Shown here piece after piece: positions 45,612 through 58,630 of a stretch of DNA of 64,000 nucleotides. This DNA comes from Polymyxa betae A26-41 (taxonomy: Eukaryota; Protista; Endomyxa: Phytomyxea). A program made the translations under genes and the position numbers. The notes beneath the pieces were generated by a model. The model searched no databases. It worked only from the letters and a program-made list of their open reading frames with translations, and was not told the origin of the DNA. Position 1 is the first letter of the stretch, and the number at the start of each line of letters is the position of its first letter. The stretch covers positions 62,001 through 126,000 of the forward strand of contig RBZT01000419.1 of assembly GCA_003693705.1 (NCBI GenBank), given 5' to 3'.

Positions 45612-48589
45612 ATGACGACAACGGCGCCGGCCCGCAGTCTATCGAGCTATTGTTCTAGTGATGGAGATCCCATTGATTATGTTGATGATATCAGTGATAC
45701 CTGCTCGGATTCAGTTCTATCATCACAATCCACATCTGATATTGCTGCCAATGGCACACGTTCGTACACTCGTCCTCAAGCATGGGCCGGCACCACCTCT
45801 CATCACTCTGAAATCGTTTTAGGAGCGGTCCCGCGACGTCTTCGTCCACTGAATCTGTTGCCATTCACGCCCTGGGTTACTCAACGTCTCAATCAATGCA
45901 ACGCCCCGAATCTGACCGCCGCACAATTCCACAAACGCCTTCAGGTTGACACAAAATACCACCATTTCGGTATCCGTACTGGCCCCCTGATCCGGCTCCA
46001 ATAACAGGTTCTGGATTCACATCTACGTGCTGACTGTTTCGTATATTCATCACCTGCAGAGTTCTGTCAAGGGAAACTTCTTCTACTTCGTCTCTGGAAA
46101 CGCATGCTAATTGATGATCAAGGTTTGTTCTATCAGAATCGCATCACACCAGCTGGTGGTCGTACTGACCTTGACCATGGCCAGGTCAGTTCACGATCCG
46201 GTATGCGTCGCTCGTACTGGCCCTGACGCAACGCTATGAGTTCGACCTGATCCACATGCATTCGACCTGTCGTCGCGGATCCGAAGGTCTATTTGTAGCT
46301 GTTCTGTCGTGAATGATGTCGTTGAATATGATCTGATAGATGGTACATATTCTGGTCTAATGGTTGGTGATCCTCTGTATATGGAAGAGAATAGTGGTCC
46401 TGGTCAATGTTTAGCTCGTGCTTATCATTGTATATTAGCACGTACTGCTGTATTAATATTTACACATGAGACATCATTATCACTGAGAATGTATTACTCT
46501 CTCAATATCATTCATACATTCTATCATCTATTGACTTTTATTAGAATGATGGCGGCTGTCGCCTTCTTTCGTCTTCCAACACTCTGTGCTCCCCTGATTG
46601 ATGCTGCTGCTGACTTTCACGATAATGATCACAAACGTTCGCCGACGCGATCCTGTAACAATGATATTCGAGGTGAATGCTGATCATTGCTATCCCTGTT
46701 AGAATCTCTGATTAATACTGTCAGATGATGTTGATACATTCGCTGCTAAGGTGACACAGGCATCACGAGCTCGTCTATCAGATCAGGCTCAATTCTTCAA
46801 ATTCAATCCATCTCTATTCAATTGGGTTAACATCAGTGTTCATTCGCAGCCAAGAACCAGTGATGAATACGCCTTCTTGGATACCTGCAGACAGTGTCTG
46901 GGTTTTGATGATGAACCTGCCTCATTACTTGCAGCTGCAGATCCATTCTGTATACAGCTCGGTCATGATACTGAATGTCTCCATTCATTCATTGCTGCTG
47001 TCGTGGCTCATGTCGCTGATGTCGCCCATGGGCCAGTACAGTGGACGTGCGTCCCGGGTCTGTGGCCACTGCTCAGCGCTGCTCTTCGGAGTCTGCAAGG
47101 TATTCGGCCGCTGGCGTACCCGCCCAAGGTTCGGCGTTGTATCAGCCAGTATCTACACAATCCGGATATGCTACAAGTAAGAAACTCGAAACAAGGGTTT
47201 AGGGTTTTGAGTGTTTTGCTGTCAGTTTGTAGTTCGCGCCTGTCTAGAAGCGACACCTGTTCATGATAAATTTGAGATTAATGCTGCATTGGATATGATA
47301 GAATCATGGATGGCAACAGCAAGTGTAGCAGTAACAGCTGGTTATGATAAAGATGGTGGTAGCCCATTATCAATACCATTACCTTCATCATTCTGTATGA
47401 AGGATTTCATGACAGCTTTACAGATCCTCCTCATGCAAGATCAATTTCAAGTTTTAGTGAAATCTATCACATTGATATATTCAACTGCTGGAAGGTATCA
47501 TACTGCTCTGCATTCTATAAGCATGAACGTTTTCTCTTTGTCGCTCTGCGTTTTCTGCTTTTCAACTACATCGTTTAATGTTTTTCAATCAGATTTGTTG
47601 GTGCCAATCGCATCGAATTATTTCATGATTTAATCGTTGGTCGTCTATTCCGGCTTCTATTCTTGCATTGGTCTCCAGAGGTACTCCATATCAATTTTCG
47701 CTTCCATTCACCTAATCGGATCGTGAAGGTCCGCCGACGCTTCCACTATCTAATTGTATACAAATTCAATCGATGCGGATTGGGAGAGCCACCACCTCTT
47801 CCTCCATCTTTATCAACTCGTTCACGTCATTCATCTGGTCGTGTAACCCCGGTTGCATCTCCTCCTAATGGAGCATCCTCATCATGGAGCTTGATGCGTT
47901 CATCGTTATCATGGTTATCATCAACATTAGGTGGATCTGTATCAAGTGTTATCGCTAGCGGACGTCAAGCTCTACCATTATCTCTATCAATATTAACACT
48001 TCCCACTATGGGACGGAAATTCCCAGCTACATCTCTTACAGAGACTGTTGCAAGTATACAGAAAGGTGCACGACAACATCGACAGAAGCGTTCGGATACA
48101 TCTCTCATCCCGGAATCATTTGGTGCCTTCTCATCACCACCTTTACTGCCATCATCACGTCCAAGCGGTGCCGACGTCGTCCCGGCCCCGCCATTCAACC
48201 CGGACCTGGACCTACAGCCGCATGCCTGTGTTCTTATTCGCACAAAGCTCGATACCGAAGCATCTGCTGATGATCACGCGTTAATGGCGTTGGTCGCCGC
48301 TCATCTCGATCAGATTCGCAGGTTCGCCGCCGACCCAGCAGCCGTCCCTGCTATCGATCCGCGCGCCCACGTCTACGCCGAACCCGCCCTGAGCCAGTAC
48401 GATGCGATCTGGGCCGGGTACGAGCGCCTTCAGCAACGGCGGACGTTGAGGTTCGGGGAGGTGCTGGCCCCGGAGCTCAGCTACGAGATCGTCGATCCGA
48501 CCAATATCATTGATAACATGCCTCTGCCTGTGTCATCACCACCGTCCCGACGTTCATCTGATTCTATAGCTGGTGATACTGGCCCGTGA
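45612..48589 (+). CDS. DUF1765-family protein (multi-exon; start approximate)
   Basis: CLARAYHCILAR, VAFFRLP, FQVLVKSITLIYS, LFLHWSPE|VRRRFHYLIVYK resemble DUF1765 motifs. Confidence 0.6.
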
Positions 48590-48609
48590 CTCGATCTAAC
48601 CCGTGTTTA

Positions 48610-51600
48610 TTAGATGGATTGAGTTCCACAAAGAATCAGGTTTTGACTGGAACGAGAACGTTGAATACGCCATCCATGATATGTGACAGCATCTAATAAT
48701 CGTACTTCAATAGTAACTGGAGCGTGTATTCGGGCTGATTTCTGATGAGATCCTCCTTGGTAATGTCGAGCCATCTGACGCGCTACAGTCGTTAATGCAG
48801 ATTTAGGTCGGATATGAATGGATTTGTCGGCTGGAAGAAGTGATGGTGATCTTGGCATGTAATTGTGATTATTAACAAGACGATGATGTGTATGATGTTG
48901 ACATGCTGAATGAAATACTTTTACATTAATGCCATCATTAACATGTGCTTGAAGTTCATTAGATAGACGTTCATGACATGCATTACATGGTGTAATATGT
49001 TCAGCTGTTAAGATTCCCGGCTGTGAACGTATTCGTCGTAATCCCGCTTTTGACGTCCGTCCCGTCTTTTGTGCCGCTTTCGCAGCGGCGGCGGCTTTAG
49101 AACGACGCTTCTGTTGCATAATCAATCGCAGGATAAGATTATTGATTGATGATGATGATGATGTCTTGTTAGTAACGAATGTAATTGGTGGAGATGTTGT
49201 ATGTTGAGATCGACTATCAGTAATACCATAACGCCATCCAGGCAGAGGGATCTTTACTACCGCTTTCGATGACAATGATATCCATCCATCTGATTTCACA
49301 TATTTCATTAAACATGAGTTCATGCTGTTAGTACGATTTCGAGCATGTTCACGTCGTATCTGTGTCAGTTCTGTCTGTGTCCATGACGATTGCAACATTG
49401 TTTGTATATGTGCACCAACTACACCAAAACAATTAGTAGCTGTTTGCATGATCAGACCAGCATCGAATAATGTCTTTAATCGGTGCCATAAACGTGATTT
49501 ATCTGCAATATGATGTACAAGATCGTGGAATTGACAACGTGATGATAGTGCTGCTATCAAAGCCAGCACCATACGATCACCATCTGTCAGCTGGCTGATA
49601 ATACGTCGTGCCAGGCATAGATATGCATCAGGAACGTCATTCAATTGTTGTTTGATATCAGAATTATATAATGTATGATAGATACGTCCTAGAGCGTACC
49701 CATGACGACATTTAACTGCCATATCGATTATGGAGGGATCTGATATACGACCATCCATGAGATCTTGAATATATTGGCTGTGATCATACTGATCATGAAG
49801 GATGCATAATCCAGGAATTGATGATATTAATAATGGATCAGGTTGTTGACATGCAATAATAACAGATAGAGATAGATGTCGATGTGTAATAAGTTGTTGA
49901 AATATATTGATAGATGTGACATCTAGACCAGGATCTGCATCTATTACGATCATTAATTGATCATTACTGCTTGTAATCAATGCTTCAACCAGATCTATGA
50001 TCAATGCTGATACAGATTCATACGGCATACTATCACCATCCATTAACTTGTTCAATAATGCAGCATCATGTTGAGGACACAGATCTCTGACCGTATCCGC
50101 CATGTTCTGTTGTCGTGATCTGGCCAGATCTTGAATGAGATCAATCCAGATTGAGAAGGGTCTGTCATGATCTGCTTGAACAATATAGATAGATCTCTGT
50201 GTACTTAATATGAATGGAATATTTCGAATCCATTGACGAGCATCACTTCCAAATCCAGCATAAATACCACTCTCATAGACCATCGTCTCATCACGATCCC
50301 GAACACGGCTCTGTAATCTGGGACCCAGACGTACATGGGGTGGAGCAGCACGACCCGCCGCCATCTGTCGAGATGCGGCCAGACATGCTGGTCCATGGAC
50401 GATGATGAAGGCACGTGAGCGAGATGCGACCTGATTGCAATGGACGATACCGTGTTCAGCACCGATTGAGAATCTGATCTGTTTTCCAATGAGAAGAGAG
50501 GCGAGGTTATTGATAAAACTGGCAGCATTGGATGAGGCCCCAGATATATCAAGATCAGGTGGTAATCCAAATCCTATTGTGAATAGAATATCATCGGTCT
50601 CAGTATTGATTGTTACAATCTGTCCACGATATCGATATAGATCAGATTGAATTGCAATCGTGATTTCATGAAACTGCTGAAAGTTATTCGGTCTTGAGAT
50701 GGCCACTATTGCAATAATAGCCTGATCAACTATTACAGATGGTATTGCTAATCGATGGAGAGGCTGCAAATAAGCACGAACATCAACATATGGTTGAGGT
50801 CGTGATATTGATGGCGATGATCTCATCGAACTGTTCTTCGATATGATCTTGTATAGATTTGATTTGGCTGGCCAGATCGTTAATAGACGTCCAGTCAATG
50901 ATTTGACGGGCGATGTGGTCATGATGGCGGTCTGATTCGATCCAATAGCAGCACATGCAGCTGCTGCTTGTGTGAGTGCATCACCCATTATAACATGATG
51001 AATCTGATTATAAGCACCACCTATATGCAGAGATTGCACAACTCCAAATCCAATACCTATCTGGATATGAATTCGTAGACGTTTACATTGTGATTTCAGA
51101 TTACAGCTGGCAATCACCGCCTTCATGATCACAGATGTTGCCTGCTGTTTCTCTGATAATAAGAATACAGCGATAATAGCTTGATCGAGTCGAATAATAT
51201 CACCACCCATACTTGTAATAGATTCAATAAGTTCACAATAAGAGATCTGTAATGAACTATATGCAGCTTGATCTGGCTCATTGATCTCTTGATTATCAAA
51301 ATGTAGGAATGCATCAGAAATCGTTTGACATCTGGCATATAGAACGGCTGCTTGCAGAGAATGGGATCGTGGAATAATGTCGCTGCATAATAACGAGGTT
51401 CGGACGAGATCGGCAACAAACGCGCCTTCCGACATTAGTCTGTTGGAGCTCGTGCCTGAATATTCGGCCTGAATCTCCACAGATTTGGTCCATTGATTCA
51501 TTCGACCATCTAAAAACCTGGCTCAGAATATGTTCATGATAATAAACAGATTGTCACCAATGGTCTCATCTTCGGTTAAGAAGTGTACGGTCACCCTGCA

Positions 51601-51712
51601 GCAAGAGCATCTCGTTTGTGGAGAATTCAATGCACAACTGTCTGATATCTCGTGAATATATTTGTATGAGCTGCTGCGGACCAGAATAGTTAAGTTCAGG
51701 GATCTCTCTCAT
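48610..51712 (-). CDS. Soluble adenylyl cyclase (ADCY10-like) architecture, catalytically degenerate
   Basis: Two class III cyclase-like halves (IHIQIGIGFG...HVIMGDAL; FSIGAEHGIVHC...SRSR...VHG...LAASRQM), then a degenerate P-loop/AAA region (LMIVIDA) and a winged-helix-like segment. Probable short first exon 51594..51712. Confidence 0.6.
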
Positions 51713-51758
51713 CTACAGATTAATATCGATTATAATAGCAAATGAGCAGATCATAGGA

Positions 51759-53261
51759 ATGCTCATCTCAACAATTACATTCGCTTATATAACTATTATC
51801 AGCTCTTGGATAATTGCTTTTGTCAGTTGATATATTCGACGATATCACCGATGGTGGATTTACCATGATCAGGTTCTAATCTTTGGCGTTATTCTTGAGG
51901 ATTCTCCCAATGAAAGGTTTCCTGGTATCCAGCTGCGTTTAGTTCGCTGGACACGAGCCCAGCGTGCCCTTCTTGACCGAATTCTTGCACAAGTGCTCGG
52001 TCATCGAATCCATTCTAGGTGCGACTACGTGTTTAGAAATCCGCCAGCGATATTGGTTTACTATGGATCATAGTGCTGCAATATATCACTTATTCACTGC
52101 TCTTTATTGATCTTAATTCCTACCTTATTCTAATCAATTATGCAGATTACAATCTCTTGGTCTGTATTGCTCCTCTCAACGCAATCCTATTCTACCAATT
52201 CTCTATATTGTCATCATGCAGATCATTCTAATCGCTTCCGTCTTGTTCTGTCTGCCGTTTATGGATTCGATCCCCAAGTTCACAGATCGTATTGATTGCA
52301 TTATTGTTTCTAACATTATGATAGAATCTGGTTCGTATGCCTCTATACTGCTTGTATGTATACCTTCACACGATGCTGGAAATCATCACCTGGTGTTATC
52401 AACAAATTCAATCATGCTGCATGTATGGAATATTATCAATATGATCATACCATGTTCCAACCCGGGAGTCTCTGCCGTACTTGTCACATAGAAAAGTGAT
52501 TTCATCACGATCTTTGATCGTATTGACCATCTAATTGTTGTTGTTCAGAGTTGCCCGCTCCAAACATTGTCGTTATTGCAATGTCTGTGTTGCTCGTTTC
52601 GGTAGTTTGTCGAGTCGTCTCATTCTTCCAACTAAATCGTTTCTTAACAGACCATCATTGTGTCTGGGTTAATAATTGCATTGGGGCTAACAACATTGTA
52701 AGATTACAGCATAATTACTGACGACAACGGATTGGCATTGAATCTCTATGTTAAGGGCAGGTTCATCTCTTTCCTTTTGATCAAATCGATTTCCTGCGTC
52801 TACATGATCATCCTGGTCGGATACATTATCATGGAGATTATTGATGAGAAAGGCCTTTTAACTCGCAGGCTGATCACTGCAACAGGTCAAGTGATTCCCA
52901 ATTCCTGGCTCAACATTACTAGGGTGAGCGATATGTTGTCATTGAGCAAATCATTGATAACCCATGGTTGGTACAGTATCTTATCGGGCATCATTCACAG
53001 CTTGTCGTTCTGTTTCTGTTCATGGTACCAACGACAGTATTCATCAGCGGCTTTACACTTTACCATATCAAACTTCTGCTATCGAATACCACAACCAACG
53101 AATCCCTTAAATTGGAACATATGAAAAAAGGCATGTTTTTAGGATCATGATATCACCACTAACTTGCTCTAGGTACATCGTCGTTTTATTTTGATGCCTA
53201 TGGAAAAGATGTGTACTCGAATGTGAGAGAAACACTAACTGCTAAATTTTCAGTAAAGTAG
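51759..53261 (+). CDS. DHHC palmitoyltransferase (Swf1/ZDHHC4-like, multi-exon)
   Basis: Spliced CRTCHIEK|VARSKHCRYCNVCVARF|DHHCVWVNNCIGANN; SPG motif; NTTTNE motif; several TM helices. Confidence 0.9.
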
Positions 53262-53312
53262 CGGCAGAAATGGTGAGTTTCCAACAGTCCTGAAGTAATT
53301 ACAATAATGTAT

Positions 53313-53729
53313 TCAGACATCTCGTTTAACTGGTGCATCCTTGTTGTTTAGCAAGAAATTGCCCAGCCATTCAACTGGGTTTGGTGGTCTAAACACAAAG
53401 ATTACTGATAAACGGAGATCACAGATTCCAGATCGCACGAACCTTTTCTTAGCAAGTTCCAACATACCTCGTAGTAACAATGGTACGACAGTTTCATCAA
53501 GATAAGCCCTAACAGGCATCGTGGCCAGATTCTGTTCCGGAACAGTAGCGGCGACTGCCGAGGCTGCCTGCACTTCGATCGCAGGTGCGGGTGTCGCAAC
53601 CGTTGCTGGAGACGGTTGTGGTTCCGTTTTCACGGCAGAATTCGGTTGTTCAGATACTGGAGGAGTGACATCCATCTTGGTATCTGATTCGACAACGGGA
53701 GCCGGACTGGCAGGCGTCTCATCGGACAT
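53313..53729 (-). CDS. DPY30: Dpy-30 (COMPASS/Set1C subunit)
   Basis: [25 protein letters not shown]|[14 protein letters not shown], with one in-frame intron of about 54 nt. Confidence 0.93.
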   Translation of the reverse strand: MSDETPASPAPVVESDTKMDVTPPVSEQPNSAVKTEPQPSPATVATPAPAIEVQAASAVAATVPEQNLATMPVRAYLDETVVPLLLRGMLELAKKRFVRSGICDLRLSVIFVFRPPNPVEWLGNFLLNNKDAPVKRDV

Positions 53730-54729
53730 GATATCTGCAATGACCGACTGATGATTATCTCCCTGTGCCGATCAGTGCACGCTCTGGAAGTGGAACAGGG
53801 ATGGATGATCAATTTGTCAGACGAACGACCCTACGATGGCGATGTGATTTCACCAGATCACTGGTTAGCTCTGGGTTTTACAATTGAAATCAGATGGCCT
53901 CTACGCACTTCTTCAAGTGCAAAAAAGCAATACAGATTCTCACTCGAGATTGTGAACACCTCGACTTCAATTGTCAGTTTTCTTCGGACAATTGTGTTTT
54001 GTTAGGGCGATTAGCGACAATTGTCACTCTCTCGACTTAGTGACATCTCTGCTTGACCACCATAGTCATTATCGAGAGGGATTTTTATAAATGAAACAGG
54101 GTTTAGTAATGAAAAAATTCGCTGTGGGTAGATTCAATCCTAACCATGCCATCATTCCGAAAACTCATTAAAGTAGCCTTCACACTGAAATGCCCATGCT
54201 CATTCTCAATGGCTTCTTGGCGGTTTTCCGTCAGCAGAACGTCTAACTCAGAATGGTCGGTTAGGGAAAAACCCGCTCTTGTAAGCCCTCGATAACTTGG
54301 TAATAATCAGAATCCAAAAAAACACAGCATTAACAGCGGCTCCTTTGGTTTATAATCAATTGGGTGCTTTCCGGCTGGAAATGCAGTCACATTGATCTAG
54401 GTGAAGCGGATACCCGGGCGGCGAGGGCGGCCGCTTTCAGCGCCGACTTTTTACAAGCCAGCTGTTATTTGAGATCTGATGGTTTCCTGCAACAGGGCCT
54501 GCAGGACGGACAGTCTTTCAGGCATTGTCCATCAGGTTTTCCACAGCGTTTGCAGAACATCTTTTCGATTTATATCTAGTATTTAAAACTTAAAATTCTC
54601 ATCGAGGCGGGAATTTTTATGTCGGTGTCACCACATGACCCTTCTCGAATTTCCTAAGAACTGATGACTTGGTGAGAGCGCGCGTCAAGCAGTGCAGTTA
54701 TTTCTTGGATAGTTGAGATGTCGTTGACA

Positions 54730-55308
54730 GATGATGTGAAGAAGATCGCGGCGGTCGAACAGAAGCTTGCAAAGGCTGAGGCAGAGTTGAACCAAGAGAA
54801 AACCAGAGAGAACGCAATGAAGCATTGATGCTTGAGTTGACGAAGTTGCTTACTACGCTAGAACAACGTTTGATAGAATTAGAGGCGCAATTGCCAAAAG
54901 CGAGTAAATATTATCTAGTATTTTTCATAGATTGTGTTTATACTGATATTTTTTGCTATAAGTAGCCGCGCCGTTTCGCACAAAGCATGCCCGTTATGAA
55001 ACCACAAAGGCAGATGTTGGCTCTCTACCTATGCGACACGATTGCCCGATAAATGTTCGATTTATATGTGATTGTAAGGTTTTTGATCTGCTGTCATGCG
55101 CCCTCACCTTAACCTACGATGACCTCATAGTCCCCTTAATTCAGATTCGCGTTTCAATTTTTGATGTCATTAAAGCGTAGAAGACGAAAAATGCAGTGAA
55201 GAATGATCCAGAACTCACCATAAAAGATCTACACACCCGATTTTTGAAGAAACATATCCGATATTTTGACGATCTAAGACATCACGCCCAACAATCATTT
55301 GCATGGGT
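54730..55308 (+). pseudogene. Disrupted coding remnant with N-terminal coiled coil, truncated next to the retroelement
   Basis: DDVKKIAAVEQKLAKAEAELNQEK/(frameshift)/RNEALMLELTKLLTTLEQRLIELEAQL, then a stop-interrupted continuation. Confidence 0.3.
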
Positions 55309-55309
55309 C

Positions 55310-57365
55310 TGTCCTGTGTACTGGTGTCTCACATTCGGGACAAATTGGAAAACTACCAGTGCCGTGAACTCGTTCCCACTACTACAACGGGGACTATACC
55401 ACGGACATAAGCTCTATCCCGGACGTCGCTATGCGAGTCCATGACGATGACAACAGTGTAACGCTATGATTAACCACCGATGTTTCGGTAGACGCCAGCG
55501 CATCGAGCGTCAATGCATCCAACGGACCGGGTGTATTGTTACCGGGAGTCTCGGCCCTCTGGCCAAGTGCTCATGCAAGCCAAACAACGCCCCTACGTTA
55601 AGGCGGACCGATACAAAGGACATTATACGGTTCTTGCGCAAGTGTGCGCTGTATCGGCAGAACATTGAGGACGTCAATGCGGAGTCCGTGGTCAAGATAA
55701 CTCCGCGGACTGTTAAGTGTATGTTCGACCCGGTTTTATTATCGGCGCTTATGAAGTAAATATGAGCGGGACTGGAGGTCCGTCGGAACGGCTTTATGTG
55801 ACTCGTTCCTGCTCCGATGGCTGAAGAAGCAGCAGGGCAGTGACAACTCAAGCCAGCATACTCTTTCCAAGATTATGCGTGAGAATCTGAAGATGGACCT
55901 TCAGATTTGGCGTCGGCAGCTCGAGTTCATGACCTGCAACGCCAAGTCGACCAGCTGACGACTGAAAACAATTGGGGCGGCCTTTTCGCTACTCCGGCTG
56001 GCAAAAAGAACCTTGTCAGATTCCTGATCGACGCCGTGCAGCCCCCCAGCTTCCGAAACTATGGTCAACGTGTCGATGCAGCATTTGCAGCAGGACCCCG
56101 AGGCTTTCTTCGGCATACTGAAGGCCAAGACCAAGATATTCGACGAAATGAATTCTATTTGTTACGACATGGGAGTCCGCAGTGCTGCGTCAAAGGAGCC
56201 GAAGCGGAAACGTGGAGGCGATGATCAAAAGGGCAAGGATAAGAAGGCCAAAACCGATCGGCGCGAAGTAAAGTGCCTTAAGTGCGGACAAGGTGGGCAT
56301 TTTATGTCGAAGTGTCCGCAGAAGCCTTCGAAAAAGGAGCAAGAACTTCTCTTAAAAAAAGCATCGGGCGCAGATGTCCATGAATTCTTCGGATAATCAA
56401 CATTCGAAATCGACTTACGTTTTTGTGNNNNNNNNNNNNNNNNNNNNNNNNNNNNNACATTTAGTGTTTAAAGGCATCTTAGATAGTGGAGCGAAAGCTA
56501 CTATGGTGCCAATGAAACTCTCACAACGGACAGCGAAGTAGTGATGTCGAAACTAGACCCTCCAGTTACTGTGGAGTTACCTAAAGGATCTAAAGACAAG
56601 ATCAGTTATGAGATGTACTTGGNNNNNNNNNNNNNNNNNNNNNNNNNNNNNNNNNNNNNNNNNNNNNNNNNNNNNNNNNNNNNNNNNNNNNNNNNNNNNN
56701 NNNNNNNNNNNNNNNNNNNNNNCATTGATCCTAAGTCCGCCCTTGAAAGTAAATCATAGCTAGCACATCAGTGGAAGGAAGCAACGAATGTGGCTACAAA
56801 TGTGCAGAAGAGAACTGTACTCCAATGTTTGGACTGAATTCCAAGGATGCGATTGACCAGGCATTATGTCGGATGGTCAGAGATGCAATAGACAATGAAT
56901 TGTCGGCTCATCTTGAAGAACCAGTCCTAAGGCTTGTGATGAAATACAAAAGTGTATGGAGAAGGTCTTTAGGACCCGACCCACCAGCTAAGGTTACTCC
57001 GTTGGTAACCAAACTCAAAGCTGGAGCTGAACCTGTGCGATGTAGAGCCATGCGATATATATAGCGAAGAGCAAAGCGAATATTTGCATGACATTACTAC
57101 TCAGCTCAAAGAATATGGGCTAGTGTATGAAAACTATAATTGCGAATGGGCAAGTCCAGATCTCGTGGTCAAAACCTGTTGGTTACAGAATAACGACCGT
57201 TGATCTAAGAGCTGTGAATGCTCTGTGCAAGGCAACGATCTGTCCTATGCCACATTTGGAGTCCATAGTGCGACATTTATCCAATTCGAGGTATTGGTTT
57301 TCTTTGGATGCATTCAAAGGGTTTTGGATCATGCCGTTAACAAAGGAATGTCAAGAAACGTTTTC
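55310..57365 (+). mobile_element. Degenerate Ty3/Gypsy LTR retrotransposon (gag-protease-partial RT)
   Basis: Gag with CCHC knuckle CLKCGQGGHFMSKC. Aspartic protease GILDSGA (about 56473). RT start (YRITTVDLRAVNA...PMPHLE...WFSLDAFKGFWIMPL) directly after protease. Stops and frameshifts; truncated before YxDD. Confidence 0.88.
56428..56722. other. Two assembly gaps (N runs) inside the retroelement
   Basis: N runs at about 56428-56456 and 56623-56722. Confidence 0.98.
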
Positions 57366-57689
57366 CGCGACGAAAGGGAACACGCTTTAGAGAATCGATA
57401 TCGAAATGCCTCACGTTGGAATATAGAAGAACTAAAGTTTTTTTTAAATAAAACATCTTCACCAGACGATGTGTTAAAATGATAATCAAACGAAGCAACA
57501 TTAAGAATTGGAACTGAATATCGACTTGAGTCAATGGAAGCGCGAGGTAGGCTCCGTGATCGCAGTATAATCATCTGAATTTGACACTCCTTGTCAGAGC
57601 ACAGAAGATCTTTGATGAAGTGGAAATCACCAACGTAGACCAGCTCCAGCTCGGTGATATCATTTGGGTGAAATACTGCATGCAGGATA

Positions 57690-58630
57690 TTGTGCTCTCC
57701 AAAATGTCGATTAATTCAGCTCGAAGTCTCCTGATTCTGATGGTAGTCTTGGATATAAATCAATTTCAGAAGCGAGATTTGGATTGGTAAAAAGACGGCG
57801 TATCAACTCTCTGAGTGAGCATCAAAAGAAAGGCTTGTGCAGTTGTGCCCTGTACTCTCGACTTCTATCAAACCGAGTGAAGGCAAACAGATTATTTGTT
57901 TCTCCCACAACAGCTTTTTGCGCACATCTTTTCAAAAAATGAAACTTTTCGCTGTACCAATTGTCCACTTGTGATACAGTTGGAAAGTTATACTGTAAAT
58001 GATGATCAAATCGCAATCTTCCATTCAATCACGATGTATAGAGTCTGAATATTCTCCAATGATGTGAAGCGCTCCAGCTGATAGCTAATATGCAGTACTT
58101 ATTTGGCCATGGCCAATACAGAAAATCCGGATAAATTGAACGCGTTGGAGTTCGGAACTCTCAAACAAGCTTTTTACAAAGCGCTGCAATATCGTCTGAT
58201 ATATTTCAATTGCTAAGTGTCAATGTATTGTCTACCTGGGTTTGGAGAAACATCATCTATTGACAGCATCGCGAATTGAACCTTCGATGTCTGAAGACAG
58301 GATGCAAGATAAATTGTTGTCAAGAAGCATCTACATTTGCATCTGTTGCAAGATCTTCTGGTGGATTTTCGTTATCCATTTGCATTGATTCAGAAAATAC
58401 CCCAACCTAATTTCAGAATTGAACAGTTGATTCATCCAGTCAAATTGAGTGAGCTTGAATGTCAACGACCGTATTCGTCTCATTCATCAGTTCAATGAAG
58501 CGTCCTAACAAAGAGCTTTCCCTGCAAATATGCTTCAATTGTGTGCTGGAATCGATACTGCTCATACTTTGGGATTGTTGATTCAAGAGAGCATTCATAT
58601 TGTCAATAGGCGGGATTAATAAAACCAATA
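57690..58630 (-). mobile_element. Probable decayed Plavaka/CACTA-like DNA transposase fragment
   Basis: Minus-strand pieces YWPWPNK..., NFPTVSQV, SLRELIRRLFTNPNLASEIDLYPRLP...ELN*STFWR resemble the N-terminal blocks of this family; interrupted by stops. Confidence 0.4.

Noticed and set aside
47194-47208. Telomere-like AGGGTTTAGGGTTTT (also TTTAGGGTTT near 37619)
   Set aside because: Only 1-2 units, so too short to call an interstitial telomere or telo-box.
55310-55341. Possible LTR edge or primer-binding site (TGGTGTCTCACATTCGGGAC)
   Set aside because: No second LTR is seen and the sequence does not fit a tRNA 3' end convincingly.
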